This document shows positions 37,127 through 48,100 of a stretch of 64,000 nucleotides of DNA, piece by piece (within the stretch, counting starts at the first letter, position 1; every line of letters begins with the position of its first letter). The position numbers and the translations under genes are program-made. A model generated the notes under the pieces. That model ran no database searches, was not told the DNA's origin, and worked only from the letters and a program-made list of their open reading frames with translations. The DNA is from a virus: the IMG/VR virus record IMGVR_UViG_3300001450_010303, positions 32,001-96,000 of that record; one strand, given 5' to 3'.

Positions 37127-39180
37127 TGGCTATTAAAAAATACTATGCGATTGCTGATAACACAATTACAAACGCTTACAAACTAAATTTATCTACGAGA
37201 GCAACCGGCGCCAACGCCGGCGCCGCAGATATTATGGAGATCTATTCAATTTATGGCCGCCAATCTACATCTTCGGCTGAGATCTCCAGAGCACTGATTA
37301 AGTTCCCTGTATCCGAGATAACATCAGATCGAAGCAATTCAAAGATTCCAGCATCCGGAAGTGTAAAATTCTATTTAAAGCTCCATAATGCAGAACACTC
37401 TAAGACTGTACCAACGGGCAGTTTTACAATTGTGGCAGAACCAATCTCAGCGGATTGGGAAGAGGGCTACGGCCTGGATCTTGAGGCATACAAAGATATT
37501 ACCAATGGGAATAAGGGCTCAAACTGGATCGCCAGAAAGGGCGAAGGCTTACAAGAAATCACTAAGGTGACTTTCACATCGACGAACAAAGCACATTACG
37601 CAGCCGGCGCCGGCGCAAACTACATAATAGCATATAATGGTAATAGGGCTTATAATCTGTGGTTCAACAACGGATCTGATTCCGCACCATCAGCCGATGG
37701 CGCAGAAGTAGAAGTTGATATAAGTTCTGCTGGATCGAGCACTGCTGCAGTTGCTTCAGAATTTCAATCGACAACTAATGCTTTGGCCGCGTTTGATTCA
37801 AACGTTGACCCGACAAATTCTGCAATAGTATATCTATCATCAAGCCTCGAAGGCGGCCACACAGACACATCAGTTGAGGGAACTATATCCGGTATAACTT
37901 TGGCAGTTCAGCAAGATGGAAACAACGAGATACCATGGACAAAAGTTGGTGGAGATTACATTACAACTGCAAACGCTGCATATCCTTATCGCTGGTTTAG
38001 TCAAAGCTTCACTTCTGGGCTGGAAGACATAGAAATTGATATTACTCAAATGGTGGAGTTGTGGTCCGCTGGTACGGTTGATAATTATGGACTTGGAGTG
38101 CATCTTTCTGGAGCCTTCGAACCATATTTCTCAACCGATTTTGATCCAACATACAGTGGATATATACAGAATACAACCGGTTCAACGGTTTCATATTACA
38201 CAAAGAGACTCTTTGCAAGGGGCTCACAATACTTTTATAAGCGCCCAGCCATCGAAGCTAGGTGGGATTCTAGCAAGAAAGACGATCGCGGCAATATATT
38301 TTACAGCAGTTCTCTAGCTGGCGTTAATGATAACCTGAATACTTTGTTTTTATACAATTACGTCCGCGGCCAACTGGCTAATATCCCCTCAATTGGCACA
38401 GATGCAATATACGTGAGCTTTTATTCTGGGTCCGCGGACAACTCGGTACCTACTGGTAGCCTACAGACGTCTTCATACACCCCAAACCCCCCGGGCGCCC
38501 ACTCACGCGCAGCCATAGAACTTCCAACTACTCTCCCTTATCAATGGGTTGTCGACGATGATAGTCCAGACCCACCAATCAGTACAAACCCGTATGTTGT
38601 GACCGGCGCTTGGGTATCAACCGGCATTTATAGTGCTTCTTTCGCCATAACAGGCGCCACAAACCCTCTTACGAAGATATTCGATGTCTGGCACGATGGA
38701 ACAGGCAAGAACCACCCATGGGCAAGTGTGGAGTTCGCAACCTCCTCGTTCGAGCCACTCAACATGAGTGCTTCTTACTCTATGGCTGAGCCCACGTATC
38801 ATCTTAAAATAACTAACCTTAAAGACAGTTATAGTTCAAGTGAAAATGCACGTTTTAACTTATTTATTAGAGAAAAGAATTGGAAACCAACAATTTATAC
38901 AACTTCCAAAACAACCATAAAAAGTAAATCGATGTTGAGTGCTTCGTATAGAGTATTTAGAACGATCGATGCCCACGAAGCTATCCCATATGGAACAGGA
39001 AGCAATCTACACACCATGATGTCTTATGATAATATGGGAAATTACTTCGATGTAGATATGAGTTTATTAGAGCCTGGGTATGCATATGCCTTTAAGTTCT
39101 CATTCTATGATAGTTCGTTGAGTAGCTGGATAGAACAACCACAGACCTTTAAATTTAGAGTAGAGAATTATGAGCATTAA
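37126..39180 (+). CDS. baseplate-associated structural protein
   Basis: ADNTITN, SRALIKF, LKLHNA, DWEEGYG, NYGL, P.IEARWD (DNRLRE-like pattern); follows the gp6-like gene. Confidence 0.65.
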   Translation: MAIKKYYAIADNTITNAYKLNLSTRATGANAGAADIMEIYSIYGRQSTSSAEISRALIKFPVSEITSDRSNSKIPASGSVKFYLKLHNAEHSKTVPTGSFTIVAEPISADWEEGYGLDLEAYKDITNGNKGSNWIARKGEGLQEITKVTFTSTNKAHYAAGAGANYIIAYNGNRAYNLWFNNGSDSAPSADGAEVEVDISSAGSSTAAVASEFQSTTNALAAFDSNVDPTNSAIVYLSSSLEGGHTDTSVEGTISGITLAVQQDGNNEIPWTKVGGDYITTANAAYPYRWFSQSFTSGLEDIEIDITQMVELWSAGTVDNYGLGVHLSGAFEPYFSTDFDPTYSGYIQNTTGSTVSYYTKRLFARGSQYFYKRPAIEARWDSSKKDDRGNIFYSSSLAGVNDNLNTLFLYNYVRGQLANIPSIGTDAIYVSFYSGSADNSVPTGSLQTSSYTPNPPGAHSRAAIELPTTLPYQWVVDDDSPDPPISTNPYVVTGAWVSTGIYSASFAITGATNPLTKIFDVWHDGTGKNHPWASVEFATSSFEPLNMSASYSMAEPTYHLKITNLKDSYSSSENARFNLFIREKNWKPTIYTTSKTTIKSKSMLSASYRVFRTIDAHEAIPYGTGSNLHTMMSYDNMGNYFDVDMSLLEPGYAYAFKFSFYDSSLSSWIEQPQTFKFRVENYEH

Positions 39181-42100
39181 AAAGCTTTTTGGATCCACCG
39201 ACAAAGCAAACAATTACCTAAGCGATACAGACCAGAAAGATGCCTTCGCAAGTGTAGAATCCAGCAGAAATTTAAAAGAAATTGAGGAAATCCAGGCTCA
39301 TCATATACCTCATATAGACTATTCAAAGCCAGCTAATTTTGTGAAATACGGCTCGGCAAGGTTATACTATAAAACCGCATTGAAAAGAATTTCCGACTAT
39401 TATCCTTATGACGGTTCTAGTGCTGAGATTAACTCATTCTATAATAAATCTTTAGACATAGAGAAGTATATTCTCAATAATTTATATCCAAGAACAAATG
39501 GTTATGCTATATTTAGTGCCGATGGCTGGGGCAGTAAGGCTAGCAATTGGTCAGTTCATCGCCAAGACGGCTATGGCATACCAGCAACCCCCGAAGCTAT
39601 TATAGTTCAAGGTGGTCCAAATGCTGCGACCGGCGAACTAAAAGATCTGATACCCACATCAAAGAATAATAAGTATCAATATTCTAACGTATATGACGAA
39701 GATATCTATCGAACTGCTGGTCTTCCAAGTGATTATGGTAAGGGAACTCGCGAATCGAACATGCGTGCCAACTTCGATGATGGTGTCACAGTAGAATTTT
39801 GGATGAAGACTGGTTCCTTTACAGATGGGACCGGCACAGAAACCTTGAAACAAGTAGTGTTCGATTTATGGAATCGTAAAGATCCGAACACCGGCGCCGG
39901 CTTTGAAAAAGAATATGGAAGAATCACTGTAGAATTGACCGGCGTTGTACAGAACGATATAGACTACTCGGACCCCAATAGTTATTGGTCGGACTCGCCA
40001 TTCTTGGTCACAGTACAATCTGGCTCTGTAACCGGCTCCTACCAACAAACCATTGGTAAAAACATAACAACCAGCTCAATGGGTGAGTGGAACCACTATG
40101 CGATAACGCTGTTTAACTCCGGATCTGGATTCATGGCAGATTTCCACGTCAATGGGCATCTCAGTGAAAGAAAGACATTAAACGCCAGTCAAACATTGAA
40201 CGAAATTGCCCCGAAGAATATGGTAGCGCGTATAGGATCACTGCTTACCGCCAGTTGTGGCGCCCTCGAAAATCCCGGACCCATAGCAAGATTTGGTTCC
40301 ATTGATGGCGGCAAGCTAAACGGCTCGATAGATGAATTCAGATACTGGAAATCTGCAAGAACTCACGAAGAAATTGGAAAGAATTGGTTTGCTCAAGTCG
40401 CCGGCGGCGCTAATACTGATATATCTAATGCAGAACTTGGAATATATTTCAAATTCAACGAAGGTATTACCGGGGATGCTTCTCTCGACAACACTGTTTT
40501 GGATTATGCCGGTAGAATAAGCAACGGAACGTGGTATGGATATACATCAAATTCAAGAAACACCGGTTCTGCGATTATTGAAGCCGCGGCCGCAACAAAA
40601 GAATATGAGGATCCCATCATCCGGCCCGAACACCCGGATTATATTGCACTTGAATCAGAGTTATCAATAAGTGGTGAAAACTTTGATATAAACAACAATA
40701 ACTCAATGTTGAGCTTGCTTCCCGGGTGGATTATTGAAGAAGAAGAAAATAACAAGGATTCTGACTTACAAAACATATGTCATATTGTTGGTGCTTACTT
40801 TGATAAGTTGCATATGCAAATCTCTGAAATTCCCAAGTTTCATTATGCGACATACCCAAGTGCTTCCCAGAAGCCAGCACCATTCGCAGAACATTTTGCA
40901 CAGTCTTTCGGACTATACACGCCCGAATTGTTTATTGATTCAACAGTTCTGGAGAAATTCGCCGATAGGGATGAAGAACAGCTATTCGAAGCGAGCCTAC
41001 AAGACACAAAAAATCTAATTTACACCAATCTCTATAATAATATAGCTAATATCTTTAAAAGCAAGGGTACCGAAAAGGCTATAAAAAACGTGTTTAGATG
41101 CATGGGTATAGATGAAAAGCTGATAAAACTAGTAGTTAATTCTAATAATCAAGACATCTCTCTTAGAGACAACTATCAGCAGTCCTTGATCAATAAAAAC
41201 TGTTTAAATTTCAACAACAGCCTAAATTCAACAGCGGTTGTATATCAAGCAATTGATTCAAATAATGCAAACAGTTTAGGATACTTAACAAATCCAACAG
41301 AGAGTTCAGCGCCATCCTATGGTTGCACGGTAGAGAGTAACATAGTCCTTCCATACTACACACGCGGTATTGGGGACATGGATAGAGATTACGATACTGT
41401 ATCTTTGTTCGGAATGTATACAGTTGATACTACAAGCGCTGATTCTAAAACAGGAGCAGACCCATCCTTCATTGGAGGTTATGGTATAGATTCTACTGGC
41501 GGCGACGATGCAAACTTTCAAGTCTATGCAATTAAGGAATCAAAGGATTCCAGAAATGTATATTTTAAACTTTCATCATCGAATAAGCCAATACCGTTTC
41601 CAATCGATGTCGATAATGTCCTAACAAGTTCGCTGTTTTTGAATGCATATGATAATCAAGAGTGGAACATTTCTGTAAGGCTTAAGCCCCTCAAAGGTCA
41701 GCTAACAAACTTAGTTTATGGAGCCGGCGGTACCGGGTATGAAGTAATATTTTCCGGATATCAAACTCAACTCGGGGAAGTTATAAACAGCTTTAGTGTA
41801 TCATCGTCAGTTTCACAGACCACCGGTTCGTTGTTTATGCTAGCAGGCAAAAGAATATATGCCGGCGCTAATAGAGAAAACCTAACCGGCCGTGTCATCG
41901 ACAAAAGTGATATACTTGTCAATAATATTAGGTATTGGTCAAAATATTTAGAAGACAGTGATCTCATACAACATACACACGATATTGAAAACAGAGGCAT
42001 TTCAGGTTCTTATAGACCACTATCTCCCATAGACACGGGAAGTGTCGATATTATTAACTCCGAGACATTAGCCCTAGAGTGGAACTTTACTGATCTAACC

Positions 42101-45100
42101 TCAAGCCGCGCAGATGGAACTATAGGGTATATCAAAGATTATAGCTCTGGTTCAACTGATGTTCGTAACCCACATGGCAACAAAGCCTCATGGCTATCAA
42201 ATCTCGCTGGCTATCAACATACGGGATATGGATATGGGTTTGCAGCAGAATCTACAAATATTGTTGATAAACGAAACTTCAACTCATATAAACTGGTAGA
42301 TCCGGAGCGCGCCGTTTCATCAGACATGATAAACATTTATAATGATGAATACGATTCATTTTACAGAGATGACAACGTACCGAATTATGTATATACGATT
42401 GAGAAGAGCTTTTATAATATAGTGTCAGAACAAATGATGGAGTTCTTCGCTGGAATTGTCGACTTCAATAGTCTGATTGGCGCACCAGTCAATAGGTATA
42501 GAGATAGATACAAAGATATCGAAAAGCTCAGACAAACATTCTTTAAAAGAGTGAAGAGTGTTTCAGATGTTGAAAAGTTTGTAAAATATTATAAATGGTT
42601 TGACGACTCAATATCTAGCATAATTTCTCAACTTGTCCCAGAATCATCAGTATTCATCAATAACTCTATGAATGTGATAGAGAGTCATGTTTTAGAAAGG
42701 AACAAATATAGGTCTAAATTTCCAACGTTAAACTTTGAAGATCCGGATGTAGAGGCATATATGAAGGGCTTCACTGAATTGCGATACCCATGGTATGACG
42801 GTTCCTCAACATTGCCATCATCGCCGCGGAACACCGGTACGCACAAGACATATTGGCTTGATAGAGCAGAAAGAGATTCTATAGAGATAACGTCGGGTGA
42901 TTCCACAATAGATACCCAAAGAAATAAATATAAGGACATTATCAACCGCGCCCCACACATGACGGGAGCATATCCCACTTTGTCTGATGCCTCCGGCACC
43001 CTTTACTCATCTCACAAATACTCCTTAAATAAATTCGCCCGCACAAGTAAATTTAATATGGATGTGCCGGTTGTTAGAAACCTAACTCGACCAATTAAAG
43101 GTGGAACTAACTTTGAGCCCGAGAAAGACCTGAGTTTTGCACCGATAGCACTACATCCAGCCGGCCCAGTAAATAGAGAAAATGGTATTTTTGTTCCTAG
43201 AAACGTTTTGCTTGGAATGACTAAAGAGATGGTAGAAACTCAAAATATTGTTGATCCTACAAGACCACCGGAATTTATTTCGAAGGAAAAGAGAGTATTT
43301 AAGGTTCAACATGGTAGAGATTGGGAAGATGGGATAGGATATAAAAATGTTAAATCAAGTATCGGATTTCCTTTTAATGTATTAAGTTCCTCAGTTAAGA
43401 CTGGCTACAATAAAAGTGTAATAGACAATGTTACCGGAGGTATTGAGATTACAAACCTTCATAATGATACCTATGGCGATGATAAAGAAGTGCCAATGCA
43501 AGGTACATTTACTGAGAGGGTTGTTGGTGGCCACCAATCTAGACATATAGCAATCAACACCGGTACCGATAATTGGAAATCACGCCCTGAAGCTTGGAAA
43601 ATTCTACTTGGAACTTGTGAAGCTAATCCATCTGGTGCTATTGGAATGGTGGGTCCAGACTATCCATGGCCAGAGGCCAACGACGAGGGCCAAACACCAT
43701 ACCCCCTAACAGCATCACAAAAAGCTGTATTCTACAGAGATTTTGTTGCAAAGCGCCCAGTTAATATTAGAAACATAAATACGATGGATGTCCCGCGTTC
43801 AACGACTGTTCCTGGAAATTACGAGAACAATTATGAAGTAGTAAATTCCTTCGGCGCCCACGCAAACCCCCGCCGCTTCATAGATAATCAGCCGACCCCG
43901 CCAGAAAGAGCATTCAGAAATAATGTGACTGGCGCCACTCAAATAAGAACATTTTTAGATACTCGTAGGACAGATGAGAGCCATTCGGAATTGATGCCTG
44001 AATATTCAACAGAATATTTGCAAATCACAAGCTCTGAGAATAAAACTGTAATAGCTACTAGATTTTCTAATCCTGGTGGCCCCGAAACAATGACTAGAGG
44101 TTACTTGGACTTTAGATCAGCAGAGATGTCAGTTTATAACGCCTTTAATTATCGAAATCTAAGCATCATAAAACATTCACAAGGTCCAAGTGGAACACTC
44201 CCAGAACCCCCGGGTGATGGCCCGACTACAACCAGGGTATATGATATACATGCGAAAGACTATGGGCTGAGAAGTCACAGAGCAAGACACACAGCAAGAT
44301 TCGGCCGTGACTCATTGTTTGTTACTTCATCCGATAATCTCCCCGGCGCCCAATATGATCAGTTGCCGGGCTTTCACAAAATTCACAGAAACAATGTCTC
44401 GCGACTGAAGATTGTTGATCAATTAAACGCGGAGCTTAGCGGTATTTACTTAAATAATACTGCTAGTATATTATGGCCAGATCCATCCCAGAACGCTGGA
44501 AATTGTTTAGTAGTACAAGCAACTAGTTCAGACGGCCAGAACGCCGCCAATGCCCTCATCTTTGATAACAATCTTGTTGGCGCCGCAAACGAGTTCCCAG
44601 TCTGGACCTTCTCAGCGTGGGTTAATCCATCTGCCTCTAACGCACCAAGAACAATCTGGGACGCCGGAAAAACAAGCGTCGGGAATGGCTCAGCCCACAC
44701 AATCACGATTGAGGGTGATGAGACTTTGAGATATCAAGCTAAAACATCACTTGCCGCCGGCGGAGGTAACGAAAGATTTACATTTTGGGAAACCAATACG
44801 AATACAATATCAAATGGTTCATGGAATCACATTGTTGTAAGTGTATCCGGCACCATTGGAGGTCTGTCAAATTCACTCAAGCCTACTCTGTATATTAATG
44901 GAGTTAGTATGTCTTGGGACGGTGCTACTAGTCCATCCTTGACTCCGTATGATAATCTGCCAAACGCGCGCACTGCACATTCGAATTTCCGGAGTCATAC
45001 TGGTTGGAGCCAAACACCACCGGTAGTAATTGGAGGTGATTGGCAAAGTGCGAACTATAAAGAATACTATGGCGCCCTCGATGAAATATCAATCTGGAAT

Positions 45101-48100
45101 ACTCAACTCACCGATCAAGAAGTTGCTCAAGTATATAACTCTGGCGCCCCCTGTAACCTAACACATAGCTCATCACCACAGTCAGTATATCTTAAGGCAT
45201 GGTGGCGTCTAGGAGAAGGAGATGCAGCAGTCTCCGGAGATCCTTCCGGAAAAATAATGGACTCTAATAATATCATAAGAGATATAGTTGGTTCTGCTTC
45301 TCTGTGTCCAACCGCGCTATCTGGTTCAAATATGAATCTATATATAGTTCCAAGTTCTTTGGCCGGCTGCGATGAACGGGTTACAATATATTCAGAAACC
45401 GTAACACATGTTTCATCGTCATTATACGACAATGATCATATACAACACCCCATACCCAGGACCGACATACAATATAAATGGATAAGAGATTCAATTTCAG
45501 ATCCAGATAATACAAGATACTATGAATTTCAGAAGACAACCAATAGCAGTAGGATGCCATATTTTTCAAATTCTGCGGGATACACACCTTATTACAACTT
45601 TATCACAGAGAGTCAGGCCGCCCATAACCAGAATATATCACCCGGCGGCTGGAAGCAACCAATTTTAAGGCTAAATACATTAATACTTGATCCATTAACA
45701 GAAAATTCTAACACTATAGGCTTCGCCGCCGATACTGATGTTTCAAATTATATAAACACCGAACTTAATCCAGGAATTGGCTCCACCAACTATTTGAACA
45801 TGTTGTTGGCACATCGTTCAGTGCCGTACGGCTGGACCTGGCAGAAAACTAGAAATTACAATAATCCGATAATTATTGATGAAAGAAAGAAATCAGTATT
45901 ATCAGCAATTACAAGTTCTAACAAAAGGTTACAACACTTTAGAATGTCTGCAGTCTCCACGCGCGGCCGCACAGCACTGATAAATTTTGATGCTCCAATC
46001 GGTAAGAAGGGAAACACTGCAATAGGCGCCAAAAATAATATGACTCTTAAGGTGACGGACAACAATGAAAGAATCATGTTTAATGAAGCGGCATTTAATA
46101 GCTATATAAATAATAATGTTATCACTGAACCCACCCCACTAACACAAATCATTAGACTTGGAAACAACTCGAAAAACAAGTTCAAACTTAAATGGATTTT
46201 ATACAGCCAAAACTTGTTCCCATCCGAAAGAAATGAATATATGTCTGGAACATACAAGAGAAATGGATATGATAATGGATATTGGAGAGTAACAGGAAGC
46301 GAAAGAATATCTCTGGGAGCAACACAGAGTGGCTCCTTCTCATATAATATATTTTCAAGTTCAATCGGCCGCTCCTCTTGGCCCCTAGATGAGCCGGAAA
46401 ACTTCTTAACAAGAACTAGGATCCTGGGCCCAGATCTTGATGGCGGGTTGTCAATGCAGAAAAATGGCAATGCCGGCGAGCTTCAAAACGTACACTTCTC
46501 TTACGTGTCATGTTCCTTGGTTGGGGGAAACCTACAATTATCAAAGGTATCAGAACTGTGGCCGGCCGCCTTGTATGCTAGAAAACACATGTTAGCTGCA
46601 CCTCGTTCTGTGGTTAGTCCATCTGGGATTGAAAACAATATTGGAATGCCTGGAAGTGATGGTGTTAATTTCTCTAAGAGATACAGCGTTGAAATTTATG
46701 CCGGCGAAGCTGCCTGGGACGCACCAAGAAACGCCGGCGTAGTCCGTATGGGATACTCATCCGAAAATAGTAACAAGGGAACTAAAATATCGTCTTATCA
46801 AGTCACGTCTTCCGAACCATGGTTTGCCACATACGACGACTTTAGTTATGAAATGGGTCTGATAGCTAAAGATTATTCTGTGGTGCCAGAATTTAGAATC
46901 AGCGAACATATCGAAGATTATATGAAGCACGGCCCTTTTGACGCTACAAAAAATGATATTTTTGAAGTTCCTGGTGTATCTGGGTCAGCCAATAGTTCTA
47001 CTGGATCATTCTATAAGGATTACTCAAATTCCGAGTTTATGAAAGATTTTCTAAGAGTAAAATCTGAATCTTTCCTCGAAGCGAAAGAAATAAGATTAGT
47101 TTGTAGTGCAGCAATCAGGCTAAATCCATACAAGGGCTTTTATCCAGCCCAACGAACTCTCGACTTGGTTGGGCAATTTTCTAGTTCTTATGCTAACAGC
47201 ATAACAGCTGTGTGGGAACTCAACGGCGCTAAAAAGCCACTCAATGTTGATAGAGCCCTTCAAGCAAGAGGTAGCACAATAAGACCACTAATGCAAGCTC
47301 TTTACTCACCTGGCCTAATGTATAATACGATTAAGTCCGGAATAGCGGTCGACTATCCAATTGTAAATGATAAGTCTAAAATCGAACGGTCACAGTATGG
47401 GAGACCATCAGCTGGCCCTATGCAGTCACTTAAACAATCCGATGACAACTATGCTATTTTACCGGCAAATATAAATTCTAATAGTCCAGTTTCTGGATAT
47501 AATGGCGGCTCATGGTTTGATGTTAGATTGCCGTTTGAAACGCTTTTGCAGCCAAAAAATCATATTAATGGTCTTAAATTTCTAGATATAGAACCACACC
47601 CATCGGCTAGCCTATCACCAGCAAACGTTACAACGTCATTTAATTCTCAAGGTGGAGATGAAATGTATGAGATGATGGCATCAAACTTTTTTGGAGAGGT
47701 GCCTAACTTCTTTCTGAAAGATTCTAGTTTCACCAGGATAGAATCTGGCATTATACCAGACGATCTTAGTTTCAAAGACGGCGAAGTCTATGGTGCTAGA
47801 TTAAAGATAAGGAGATCAACCACGGGCACAAGAACATACTCATATGATTCTGGATCCACCGGTGACGGTACAAACTTCGCACCTTTTGGAGCAAAAGCAT
47901 TTTATGATCAGAAGACCGCCGGCGGCGGAGACACTAATGCCTGGTACCCCGTACCCCAAGATCCACAAAATGCCAGAATGGATCCTATCGCGCCCTTTAG
48001 AGAAACTTTTACGATGTACAGTCGCCCCTCGGCATTCGGCCCACCGATTTCTGGACGTCCCCCGTCTGGTTCAAACGGAGACCGCCCGACGTGGTTTTTA